Assembly: GCA_964016885.1 (NCBI GenBank)
Contig: OZ024747.1
Span: 91,698,001 to 91,762,000 of the forward strand
DNA length: 64,000 nucleotides
Origin: Eledone cirrhosa
Lineage: Eukaryota
Reading direction: 5' to 3'
Shown: positions 1 through 12,316 of the stretch, piece by piece
Layout of the letters: each line of letters starts with the position of its first letter
Position numbering within the stretch: position 1 is the stretch's first letter
Program-made: the position numbers and the translations under genes
Notes under the pieces: generated by a model
Seen by the model: the letters and a program-made list of their open reading frames with translations, nothing else
Database searches by the model: none
What the model was told of the DNA's origin: nothing

Positions 1-92
1 ACCCTCCCAAAGTATAACAATATCGGTTTCAACACACGTTTTCAGATAAAGAATCTTGCTAAACAAATTCAGAAACGAAATATATATATATA
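1..92 (+). mobile_element. 3' terminus of PLE-type repeat family F8 (cut by window edge)
   Basis: Near-identical to 18591-18672, 41125-41210 and 42693-42765; ends GAAACGAAATATA then (TA)n. Confidence 0.75.
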
Positions 93-346
93 TAAACGGA
101 AAAAATGAAACGAAATTTCATTTCTCACTCTTACAAACACACCGAGCATTATAATAAATGTTCTGTGAATCCATACGTACATATATATATATGTGTGCAT
201 GTATGTATATACATATACATACTACTGTACGTCTGTATACATATATGTATGTACGTATACATACTTATATATATATATCCTGCAAGTATGTGGAGCAGAC
301 CTCCGAATGCCAAACCTCGCAAACTCTTTCTCCTGCATATATTAAA

Positions 347-388
<42 letters not shown>

Positions 389-392
<4 letters not shown>

Positions 393-858
393 AACTCTGG
401 ATGTCGGTGAGCATGTCCAGCCAACCTCAGTCTCCTCTGTGTCACTTTTGAGCTGACTTTTGGGATGCTCCCATACAGCTCCGACTTTTTCATCCTCAGT
501 GTATACTGATTAATGTTCAGAGCCATCCTCAGCATTCTCGTGTAGCACCCATCCACGATCTGAGTGAGTCTCTTGGTCAGTGTCCAAGTCTCTGACCCAT
601 ACAGCAGCACAGACTCCACTACAGCAATGAAGAGGCGGATTTTCAGGTCTCTACGACATCCAGAGTTGACATTGCACTCAGTGCTCCTTTGGGAGCCCCT
701 ACATGGACACACTAGAAGAGGAAGACCAAGGTTAACATATGTTGATGCCCTAAGGACAGACACTGGTCTGTTGGAGATGCAGGATATGGCAGCGATAATG
801 AGGGACAGAGACCGCTGGAGAGAACTCGTCCATGGATCTCGGGAATTTTACCCGCCTT

Positions 859-860
<2 letters not shown>
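389..860. mobile_element. RTE-clade LINE 3' fragment with 5' inversion (389-656 minus, 654-860 plus)
   Basis: Minus: LKIRLFIAVVESVLLYGSETWTLT...RLRLAGHAHRHPELT. Plus: RHPELTLHSVLLWEP..GRPRLTYVDAL. Colinear relative at 27598-28010. Confidence 0.85.
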
Positions 861-903
<43 letters not shown>

Positions 904-1136
904 TTAGAAACACACAGATACATGCGGACACACACATATATACATGAATGCATCCGCACCCAACTGTGAGTTAAGGGTGCCAACTTCACCGATGTTGCTC
1001 AATGAATGACTGGGACAGACCAATTCAGTTGAACTAGACTGAACCAGTATCAGAGTTAAAAATACATTATGAAGAGAGAAGAAACATTTAGATATAATTA
1101 GTAATAAAATGTATCATACCTAAACTGCTCCTAAAT

Positions 1137-1226
1137 TCCTCGACTACGTAGTTTCGTGGCATAAACAAAAACAATATATCATAAAGACATAGAGTCCTTG
1201 CGAGGTCTGCCGACTTATCAAGAGGA
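1137..1226 (-). ncRNA. Type I hammerhead, U3-A8 variant core, family F1 (also 1732-1821 and 2327-2436, minus)
   Basis: Minus: TCCTC-TTGATAA-GTCGGCA..~50 nt..TGCCAC-GAAA-CTACGTAG-TC|GAGGA; stem I TCCTC/GAGGA; palindromic stem III. Confidence 0.7.
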
Positions 1227-2508
1227 TACCTCATTTTACTAGTCTCAAGAACGCGTCTACACGACGTGCGAAAGAGTCCCAAAAGGCGGAGGGGGAGATA
1301 GTCACGCGATATAACGGTCGAGAAACAGAGCTAAGCCTCTTATAACCCCGAAGAAAATACCACGGAGGCGGAGGGGGTATTTATATCGAGGCCGCAGAAG
1401 AGGTGGTGAAGAAGGCGAGAAGTATGAGTAATGGAAGCTTTCCAGCTGTCCCCACACTTCAAAGATTGCTCGACCAGAGGGAGTTATTAACAATATATTT
1501 AGAAACACACAGATACATGCGGACACACACATATATACATGAATGCATCCGCACCCAACTGTGAGTTAAGGGTGCCAACTTCACCGATGTTGCTCAATGA
1601 ATGACTGGGACAGACCAATTCAGTTGAACTAGACTGAACCAGTATCAGAGTTAAAAATACATTATGAAGAGAGAAGAAACATTTAGATATAATTAGTAAT
1701 AAAATGTATCATACCTAAACTGCTCCTAAATTCCTCGACTACGTAGTTTCGTGGCATAAACAAAAACAATATATCATAAAGACATAGAGTCCTTGCGAGG
1801 TCTGCCGACTTATCAAGAGGATACCTCATTTTACTAGTCTCAAGAACGCGTCTACACGACGTGAGAAAGAATCCCAAAAGGCGGAGGGGGAGATAGTCAC
1901 GCGATATAACGGTCGAGAAACAGAGCTAAGCCTCTTATAACCCCGAAGAAAATACCACGGAGGCGGAGGGGGTATTTATATCGAGGCCGCAGAAGAGGTG
2001 GTGAAGAAGGCGAGAAGTATGAGTAATGGAAGCTTTCCAGCTGTCCCCACACTTCAAAGATTGCTCGACCAGAGGGAGTTATTAACAATATATTTAGAAA
2101 CACACAGATACATGCGGACACACACATATATACATGAATGCATCCGCACCCAACTGTGAGTTAAGGGTGCCAACTTCACCGATGTTGCTCAATGAATGAC
2201 TGGGACAGACCAATTCAGTTGAACTAGACTGAACCAGTATCAGAGTTAAAAATACATTATGAAGAGAGAAGAAACATTTAGATATAATTAGTAATAAAAT
2301 GTATCATACCTAAACTGCTCCTAAATTCCTCGACTACGTAGTTTCGTGGCATAAACAAAAACAATATATCATAAACAAAAACAATATATCATAAAGACAT
2401 AGAGTCCTTGCGAGGTCTGCCGACTTATCAAGAGGATACCTCATTTTACTGCCATATCCTGCATCTCACGTCGTGTAGACGCGTTCTTGAGACTAGTAAA
2501 ATGAGGTA

Positions 2509-2598
2509 TCCTCTTGATAAGTCGGCAGACCTCGCAAGGACTCTATGTCTTTATGATATATTGTTTTTGTTTATGCCACGAAACTACGTAGTCGAGGA
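2509..2598 (+). ncRNA. Type I hammerhead F1, inverted copy
   Basis: TCCTC TTGATAA(2514-2520)...GAAA CTACGTAG TC|GAGGA; predicted cleavage after 2593. Confidence 0.7.
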
Positions 2599-2667
2599 AT
2601 TTAGGAGCAGTTTAGGTATGATACATTTTATTACTAATTATATCTAAATGTTTCTTCTCTCTTCATA

Positions 2668-2748
<81 letters not shown>

Positions 2749-2750
2749 CA

Positions 2751-2848
2751 CAGGGTGTCCCAAAAATGTATACACACTCTAACAGCATTCTAATAAATAT
2801 TGCCTGTACAGGTAATCAACGTGTGTATAGATATATTGGGACACCATG
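2751..2848. mobile_element. Tc1/mariner-type MITE (~100 bp)
   Basis: TIR CAGGGTGTCCCAA.. / ..TTGGGACACCATG in TA-rich flanks; second copy at 38627-38727. Confidence 0.75.
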
Positions 2849-2941
<93 letters not shown>

Positions 2942-3608
2942 ACATGAGTGCGTATATACGTATATAAGTATGTACGTGGATAGGTAGGTATATCGTGTTA
3001 CAGATAGACTTGCTTTTATTTCTCAATATATGTTGGTGCCTGATGAGTGTCTACGTATTTGACATATATATGAGTGTATTTAATCAAGCAGAACAGTTAT
3101 TGACGTTGGCACACTCATCCAAACACATACACAAAACAAACATTTGCTCACTGACACACATGAGCACGCGCACATGCATAAACGCCCACCTACACATGCA
3201 TTCTCCATACATACAGACAAATATAACAGTTAGAACCCCGTAAAACATTCGCATGCAGACAAAACGTATACATAAAAGAATTAATAGAAAAGGAAAAGTC
3301 GACAACGGCCTCCCCTTCACCTCCTAATCTGCAACGACTACCCCAGCAGCTGCCTTAGTTTCATTGAAATTGTAGGAATGTTATCGTAGTATGAAGAGAG
3401 GGGGAATGTCGTTAGACGTCTGCTTACTGATGGAAGTTTTGTGTCAGACATTCCTTGTCTCTTTAGTCTGATTAGAATCTTTTGATTGCGTGATTGCGTG
3501 CTGAGTAGGGATTCATCTACATACACATATCTAATTGCCGATATCTATATCTTCCTCTTGTACACCATTTAACCTGTGCATGACCACACACTCACGCGCA
3601 TATACGCG

Positions 3609-3645
<37 letters not shown>

Positions 3646-3919
3646 CTATATACATATATTTATATATATATGTATAAATATATATATACATATATATATA
3701 AATATATATATATATATACATATATATACACACACACGTATATATATGTATATATATATATATGTACATACATATTTATATATATGTATGTATATATATA
3801 TATGTATATATCTATGTATATATATATATGTATATATATATATATGTATATATATATGTATATATATAATATTAAATATACTATTTATAGTTATGTATAT
3901 ACTATACTATAAACAACTA

Positions 3920-6130
3920 TAAACAGGGAAGGTCAGTAATTTATTACTACCTTATTACCAGCAAGAGAAATACTCAATGTAAGAATATCAGTTGTTTTAC
4001 AGAGCAGTTATATAGAAAACACAAGTATCAAAGTTATGTTTAAAACATTTAATCACTGACAATTGTTTCATCCAAACCTAGGCTTGGAGTTCTCGGAGCA
4101 TTATCAATGTTTGTACATATAATTAACCTACTATTCAACTGAAGAATCATACAGATACATATATATTGATGCTGTGGACAACAGTTTCATGTTTACAGTG
4201 TGAAATGGATGCGACATATATTATACGAGAATTGTACAATAATTCAAATTAAGATTAAAATTTAAATTTAAATTTAAATTTAAATTAAAAGCATAGGGTG
4301 TAATACATGCGTCAGATAATACAGATAATACAAGAGAATAGTCTAATAATTAAATTAGAGAGATAGTACATGCGTTAGTCATATATAAAGGAATGGAACA
4401 AGCAAATGTATCATGCATATCTGAGTACTGTATGGCAGGGTATTACATAAAATACAAGCACTTTAAGCGAATATGTTAGTGTATTATTATGGGTGCAATG
4501 CGAGGATATATTCCGCATAGTTCAAATTTGTATGTGTGTAGAATATGAAAGTTACGGATTTCACATCCATTACTTAAGTTGAGATATATTTGTATTGAAT
4601 GTTTGTTATAGTAATGGATTGTAACTTAGTATTATTTAATCCATATTTATGGATTAGAGTTATTTTACTGAGAGGTTTTTCAACGGTTCAATATCCGGAA
4701 GTGGATATGGAATTAAGGGGAGCTAATGCGTAAGGGGAGGTAACTAGCTCATTATAATAATTAAATTCCTTGCTCTAATAGACATATAGTGCCTCAATTG
4801 AATCCCTTAAATAAAAAGTTATATATTTATATTTTATTTTAAATACAGTCTACTCTCTCATAATATATTAAAGGTTTCATTAGATTGTCGTCTACCCAAT
4901 ATTTGGTAAGATATGGAATAACGTATAGCTGTTTGCATGCTAAATTAGATACATCTCTTGAGTAAATAAATGAATCCTTTATATACAATGTTATTAATTT
5001 ATACATCTAATTATAAATGTATATATAATTCATTGTTTCATATTACATTTAAGTTAGATAAATCCCTTATGTTAATAAATTAATCCTTTATATACAATGT
5101 TATTATTAATTTATACATTTAATTATAAATGTATATATAATTCATTGTTACATTTAATATTTAAAGTTTATATATATTGTATATTGTATATATATATATA
5201 TTTCAATCACTATATAATTATAAGTAATCTAAAGTTATTATATTAAAAGGCGGTGACTATAAGAATATTTCTAGAGTATAAAGTTATAGATAAAAATGAT
5301 TTGTGTAGAGGAAAGGGTGGATCAAAGAGTGTGATGCAGCGGTGAAAGGTAAGTCTTAGAGGTGAAGTGCCAATGGTGGTGATGAGTTAAAATCTGACAT
5401 TGTTATATACTAGCTTTAAAGCTTTGGAATGAATGTCGGAAGCGGTTCTGGCACGATGCAAACACTTCCGATTTTTTATTTAGGAGGTTAAGATTCGAAA
5501 AGATTATAGTATGGGTCTCTAAGAGACAGAGATTACAAAATTTATTAGGTGGTTTATACGATGCAGCCCTACCTACTACTTCCCATTGAAGTTTATATGG
5601 GCTATTCCTAGTTTTCAGATAGTGTATGTAGCTAGATAGTGAAGTGGAGTTGGTTAGCTTGTGTTTTTTGAAAGAGTGGAGGGCGAGTTGTATCTCGTCT
5701 TGAAGCAGTTCGAAGTAGAGCCTATATATATGTTTTAGAAGAATTGTTAGTGTTGAGCCTGCAGGAGTAAATGATGTCCTTGATTAAGCAGTTGTTACCT
5801 AAAGGGCAGGTTCTATTTGATCTACAGTTACATTTATTTTGGATGTTATCTTGTCGTTTATTATGCTGTGTAGAAGTCTGGTTGCTAGGGATAGTATTAG
5901 GGCTATGATGGTTGTCGTTCCTAATGTTATTGATTCCATTAGTGTTATTACTATTATTACTATTGCTATTAGGGTTTGTAGTTATTATGTTGTTCTGAAA
6001 GTTTACCTCCTGCTGTGTTTTAATTTGTTGAAAATAAGTATTAATCTTTCTTTTATTACTACTAGATATATGGTATGCTATGTTAGGTGTGGTAGAGTAA
6101 GAGATTTTAATGGTGTTTTTTATTTATAAG
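3920..6130 (-). mobile_element. Degraded Penelope-like retroelement (Zn-knuckle, GIY-YIG endonuclease, 3' UTR with HHR)
   Basis: Hand translation, minus ~5810-5450 with frameshifts: CPLGNNCLIKDIIY..YIGSTSNCFKTRYN..HSFKKHKLTNSTSLSSYIHYLK..NKKSEVFASC. 3' end homologous to 47050-47300. Confidence 0.8.
4054..4100 (-). ncRNA. Degenerate hammerhead F2
   Basis: GCT-CCGAGAA-CTCCAAGCCTAGGTTTGGAT-GAAA-CAATTG-TC|AGT; core mutated; paralogue at 47078. Confidence 0.5.
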
Positions 6131-6219
6131 ATTATGGTACTTGTGGCCAGATGTGAAGTTTTTATATATATGTCTTCCTCCGGTTGCAACGTTTTTTGAA
6201 ATATCCACTTCTGCGTTTA

Positions 6220-6293
6220 CAGATTGACTTTGTTAGTTTCAGAAGATCCCGTTAAGGGTGAAAGCAGCGATTCTTTGCTTAAACTTTAATCTG
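6220..6293 (+). ncRNA. Hammerhead-fold F3 with CAGAAGA (A4) core
   Basis: CAGATTGA..AGTTT-CAGAAGA-TCCC GTTAA GGGT-GAAA-GCA..TGC-TT|AAACT TTAATCTG, followed by AATAAA. Confidence 0.65.
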
Positions 6294-6301
6294 TTATTTT
6301 A

Positions 6302-6363
<62 letters not shown>

Positions 6364-6449
6364 ATATATATACGTATATATATATGTATATATATATATG
6401 TATATATATATGTATGTATATATGTAGATGTATGTATATATATGTATAT

Positions 6450-6925
6450 AGAACCTGGTAAGAAACGTTTCTTTGAGGCTTTCCCGTCTATCTACTAACG
6501 TGCATATTTTCAACGACCATTCCACATATTACAATGAAGCTCTTGCTCGGAGTGGATTTGTCGATAAGGTAGCATATACAGAATACGAGAAGAGACCTAG
6601 GAAAATAGATCCCGACGCATTTTATGGTATAACCCACCATATAATATGGAGGTGGCCACATCATTAGCTAAGATCTTTCTCTCCCTTATTATGAAGCATT
6701 TTCCCCCAACACATAAATATAGTAACATTTTTAATAGAAATACCATTAAAACTTCTTACTCTACGACTCCTAAGCTTGCATATAACATCACAGCTTCAAA
6801 TTTAGCTAAACTACCTAACCGTAGTAACACGTGCAACCCTGTAGCTAGTACTAACTGTAATTGTAGGAATCGGGTTGACTGCCCCCTATTCGGGAAATGC
6901 CTCTCTAGTAACATTGTCTACAATA
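6450..6925 (+). mobile_element. Penelope-like fragment (RT C-terminal/linker to Zn-knuckle)
   Basis: [56 protein letters not shown]; similar to the 54026-55140 element. Confidence 0.85.
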
Positions 6926-7000
6926 TATATATGTATATATACATATATATATATTGTTATACTTGGGGAGGGTCATATTTGTGTAATAATATTGCCAGAA

Positions 7001-7060
<60 letters not shown>

Positions 7061-8332
7061 TAGAAGTTGTATTTAATTTACAAATACAGAGTTTGTTTTA
7101 TAAATAGAGACGTACCCATGAAAATCATACCTTATCGGTTGGAAATTCATTTGATAGTGGAAATATATTAGGGATTATTCAAACTTATGTGTGAATATAC
7201 AAATGAATATGTAAATAATTGTAAAACAACCGTTTATTTAAATGACACTGGAGAAAGAGAGAGAAGAAAGAGATAGAGAAAAAATTAATAATATTACGAG
7301 AGAAATAAAGAGAAGAAATTAACAAGAGGATGAATAGAACTCATGTATCTTTAATATGGGGGAATAAATTTTAAGTATATATCTACTAATGGTACGTATA
7401 TTTTCGATTGTTTAGTTGTTAAAATTCTTTTCTAATATAATATTTAATGTTATAAATAGATAGAAAAATAAATAGATATATATAGAAAAATAAATATATA
7501 TAAAATTAGATAGAAAAATATATGGAAAAATAAATAGATAGAAAAATAGATAGATAAAAAAATAAATAGAAAAATAAATCAATAAATAGATAAATAGATA
7601 AATAGATAGATAGATGGGTATATCGTGTTATAGATAATTGTTTTAATGAGGGATATTGGTTTATATTTAATGTAAGTAAATTAAATTAAATTAAGTTAAC
7701 TGAGTTAATAAGAATATTTATATTTATATATTTTAAATTGGGAAGGTACGAAAAAAACTCCAGTTTTGTTTATTTATTCGTTAGAATGAGACTATTTTGT
7801 CAAAATAAGTATAAATGTTAAAGATATAAATGTTGAAAGATATATTTAGCCTGAATTAGTTAGTGGTTATAAATCTAATAAAAGATATTAAAAAACTTTA
7901 TTAAAAAATATTAAAAATTCGGGAAAATTAAAAAAAAATAATTTATAAGAGATAAGCAAATTTTTTTTAAAATACGTAATTTTTGAAATAAGTAATTTTT
8001 AAAAGTATATGAAAAATTTAAGAAATGAAAAATAAAAAATAAAGAATTAAAAAAATTATTAAAATTAAAATTTAAATTTAAAAATTTTAAAGTTATGATT
8101 ATATATATGTATATATTTTAAAAAAATTTTAAGAAGTGAAATTATAGCAAATATTATAGATATGATTTAGAGATAACAATATATTGTACCAGAGTGGATT
8201 AGATTGTTATGGAAATAAGTAAAAATATTATAAGTGTAATTATAATTTATATATATGGTTACAAGAACTAAATAAATTCGTCCGTACATTAATAGAGTTC
8301 TTACATTTAAGTATGAAGAAAATATACATATG

Positions 8333-8368
<36 letters not shown>

Positions 8369-9276
8369 TATATGTATATATATGTATATATATGTATATG
8401 TGTATATGTGTATATATATGTATATATATATGTGTATATGTGTATATATGTATATATGTATATATATTTATATATGTATATATATACATATATATGTATA
8501 TATGTATATATGTATAATCTATATGTATATATGTATATATGTATAATCTATATGTATATATGTATATATGTATAATCTATATGTATATATGTATATGTTT
8601 GATAATCTATATTATGTTTGATAATCTATATAACTTCGCTAAATTAACAATATTCTGAAAACATTTTCAATGTTGAACAAAGTTTTTGAATCCACAAATT
8701 GTTCTACTTTCACAACTTGAGAGTCGAACAATTTGTGGATAGAAAATCAACTCCCTTCGTAACTCATATTTAATATATAAACAACTAATAATTGTAAATT
8801 ATCTCTATCTCTATAATAGTAATACATACGCAATAATTAATCTGTATAGATATTTATATACATATAACCTATCGTAATGTAATAAGATAAAAATACTTAT
8901 AAACATAATCCTTCATATAATGTAATTGATTATATATACAATATTATAACTCATAATATAGGTAAATAAATTTAAATTTAAACTCTGGAATCATATTCCA
9001 CATTTTCTTCCACAAAATTAACGTACATGTTAGCTCTTCTTCCTTTCTCTTCTTTCCTAGGCATATAATAACTTATAATTTATTTTAATTTTCCATAGCG
9101 TCTAAAATAACGTTTTTTTCAGCCCTTTTACCTAAACCCCATTTGCATATTCATCTTAATAATTTGAAATATCTGACTTTTCTTCTCTTATCCCTTCACT
9201 ATCCAAGGAAAACTTGAACCGTTAAGGTTTATTCTACTTGGTTATGTCTACTTGGCTATGTCAAAAACACACTTTG

Positions 9277-9338
9277 TATTTTATCTGATGAAAGCGTACC
9301 AAAGTTTTTGGTACCCTTGAAATATATATAATAGAATA
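9277..9338 (+). ncRNA. Canonical minimal type I hammerhead F4
   Basis: TATTTTAT-CTGATGA-AAGCGTACCAAA GTT TTTGGTACCCTT-GAAA-TATATA-TA|ATAGAATA. Confidence 0.8.
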
Positions 9339-9501
9339 AATATGGTTTTATAAATATAGTTTCCATTTATTTAATATCATTGAATATTTACTCCAGAAAC
9401 TGTCGAGTGCTCTGAAACAGTTATAAACATTTATGTTTGGTGAATTACCAACAAATTAAATATCCCATCTGCTTATATGCATATATATATATATGTATAT
9501 A

Positions 9502-9544
<43 letters not shown>

Positions 9545-9583
9545 GTATATATATATATATGTATATATATATGTATATATATA

Positions 9584-9667
<84 letters not shown>

Positions 9668-9668
<1 letters not shown>

Positions 9669-10247
9669 GTTAACATGATGTTCTGTGAAGGCGAAATAGC
9701 TACCTAGGTATTTGAAGTCGTCAACTTGATTGATTATATCGCCGTTTAGACTTCGCATACCAACTGACGAAAAGCCTGTAGAGCATTGAATGCAATGGAA
9801 AAAATATGGAAATCAAACCTGCCGGCCAAACTGAAAAGGAATTTGATCAGAGCTGCTGTGGAATCTGTGCTTGTTTATGGCTCTATCACTTGGCCGCTAA
9901 CGTCGAAACTGGGGGAAAAAGCTAGACAGGGCATACCCACCTATGTTCCGTGCTGCTTTAAACGTGTCTTGGAGGGAACACCCAACAAATAAGGATCTCT
10001 ATGGCAATGTACCACCTATCAGCAGGTCAATACCTGGACAGAGACTAAGATTTGCTGGCCATTGTTGGCGCAGCAAGGAAGAAATATCAGGTGATGTGTT
10101 GTTATGGAGTCCATCTCGTGGAGCAAGAAACGCTGGTCGTCCCAAGAAGACATAGGTTAAGCAACTTGAAGACGATACTGGACGCACTGCGGAAGAACTG
10201 GCAAACGCGTAGAAAGCCGAGCAAGCTCAACCTGATGATGATGATGA
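9668..10247. mobile_element. RTE-clade LINE 3' fragment with 5' inversion (9668-~9770 minus, ~9770-10247 plus)
   Basis: Minus: [18 protein letters not shown]. Plus: [36 protein letters not shown]; (GAT)n tail. Confidence 0.85.
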
Positions 10248-10304
10248 TATATATATATATATATATATAGTAATAATAATAAAATTGAAGAGTAAAATCC
10301 AAAG

Positions 10305-10363
10305 AGTTTCAGAAGATCCCGTTAAGGGTGAAAGCAACGATTCTTTGCTTTAACTTTAATCTG
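10305..10363 (+). ncRNA. Hammerhead-fold F3 copy
   Basis: Same sequence as 6235-6293 apart from two substitutions; CAGAAGA core. Confidence 0.55.
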
Positions 10364-10371
10364 TTATTTTA

Positions 10372-10411
<40 letters not shown>

Positions 10412-10452
10412 AAATGAAAATCCGAAGGCAAGGTAAAATTCCAATCATTTAA

Positions 10453-10526
10453 TCACGACACATGTTTCAATAAGAGATAGATCGATTGTGAAGCCATGAT
10501 CGATTATCACTGATCTCATCATGTGA
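10453..10526 (-). ncRNA. Degenerate hammerhead F5 in a ~320-bp PLE-terminus-like insert (10390-10715)
   Basis: TCAC-ATGATGA-long stem II-GAAA-CATGTG-TC|GTGA; C3 replaced by A; inverted end copy at 11082-11120. Confidence 0.5.
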
Positions 10527-10712
10527 AAACGAATTGTCTTGAAATTCTTGATATGAGGGAGAAAAATAACGATGTTCTCTCAAAGAATTCATTCCCTCAT
10601 ATGAAGACACACCAGTCAGAGACACGGCAACTCCTATTAACTTCAGTTGAGGTCATAAAAGTAGTCAGATTTCTATCGCTGCAAAAAACCCTGGACATCA
10701 ATCCTCCAATTG

Positions 10713-10789
<77 letters not shown>

Positions 10790-10797
10790 TAAAATAA

Positions 10798-10863
10798 CAG
10801 ATTAAAGTTTAAGCAAAGAATCGCTGCTTTCACCCTTAACGGGATCTTCTGAAACTAACAAAG

Positions 10864-10866
<3 letters not shown>
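10798..10866 (-). ncRNA. Hammerhead-fold F3 copy
   Basis: Reverse complement of 6225-6293, between TA tracts. Confidence 0.6.
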
Positions 10867-10930
<64 letters not shown>

Positions 10931-11116
10931 TATACATATATATATACATATATATATACATATATATATATACATATATATTTACATATTTATATATATA
11001 CATATATATATATACATATATATATATACATATATATTTACATATATATATATACATATATATATATACATATATATATATACAATTGGAGGATTGATGT
11101 CCAGCGTCTTTTGCAG

Positions 11117-11159
<43 letters not shown>

Positions 11160-11170
11160 GTGGTATTAAG

Positions 11171-11212
<42 letters not shown>

Positions 11213-11329
11213 CGAAGGAAATGTGGTAAGGAACCAGGTGGACCATAACGCACCAAAATTAGTCCAGAATTAGTCCAGAATTAGCCGTCGAAACGGCTTG
11301 AGCTCAGCTGTCGGGGTCTTACTGGTTCC

Positions 11330-11361
<32 letters not shown>

Positions 11362-11651
11362 GTGCTATTAAGTTAGACATGGCCTGGGCCAATACTGGCC
11401 AAAACATTTCAAAGTTATTCAAAGTTATATATATATATATATGTATATTTATGTATATATATATATGTATATTTATATATATATGTATATATGTATATAT
11501 ATATGTATATATATATATATGTATATATATATGTATATATATGTATATATATATATATGTATATATATATGTATATATATATATGTATAAATATGTATGT
11601 ATATATGTATATATATGTATGTATGTATATATGTATGTATATATATATATG

Positions 11652-11682
<31 letters not shown>

Positions 11683-11717
11683 GTATATATATATGTATGT
11701 ATATATATATGTATATA

Positions 11718-12285
11718 GTACAACCCGTCTCATGGTCGGGTCGTTGGCGACTAAACTGGCAACCCCACCAAGGTTTCTTGGTGAGGAGGGTGGCTTTGGA
11801 CATCCTGCAGGACTAAAAACAAAACCTGTCAAATGGCAAAGGAGCTCTTAAGAGTCAATGGCTATCCAAAATCACTGGGAGAGATGACCCCTTAGCCTTT
11901 GTCAAGGCAGAATTCTAGGAGAAGGAAAACTCTGATATAACACCTGCAACTCTGATGGTATCCAATGATGTTGACTTGTTCTTCTTTTTGGTAAATATCA
12001 TCTTGGTTAAGAGAGTGGGACTGGCTTCATGCAGTGCCCTTGCTCACTATAAAAGCTTCACGGCACAGGCATTGCTTTATATCTGGAGATCTCTCTGCAC
12101 TTGTTGTCACATGGTACCAATGGGCCTAGCACTATGTGTCAATAATTGACACAGGTGTAGTGTTTGTACCAGAGTTTTCAAGTCGCTGGCTGGACTAAAA
12201 AGTCACACTCGTTCAGCGCATCGGTAGGAGTTCTCCTACATGGATATAAAGTAGTGGCCGTACTCGAAAACGAGTTGGCAGCCAC

Positions 12286-12290
<5 letters not shown>
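11718..12290. repeat. ~580-bp dispersed repeat, probably RTE 5' region
   Basis: Close paralogue at 52445-53005; GGAGAAGGAAAACTCTGA motif resembles RTE 5' UTRs (from recall); TA-flanked. Confidence 0.6.

Positions 12291-12316
<26 letters not shown>

Larger units (their letters stand above)
897..2672 (-). repeat. Non-coding tandem array, 595-bp unit x ~2.6, plus inverted partial copy (2465-2672); one HHR per unit (retrozyme/PLE pseudo-LTR-like)
   Basis: Units start 897/1492/2087; ORF track repeats at +595; 2465-2672 is the reverse complement of ~1066-1272; flanked by (TA)n. Confidence 0.9.

Noticed and set aside
897-2450. Repeated 64-aa and 76-aa ORFs (likewise the 67-aa ORFs at 13303 and 13774)
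   Set aside because: Recur only because of tandem duplication; non-ATG starts and no recognisable domain
3338-3526. 62-aa minus ORF as a possible host exon
   Set aside because: Weak acceptor and no recognisable homology
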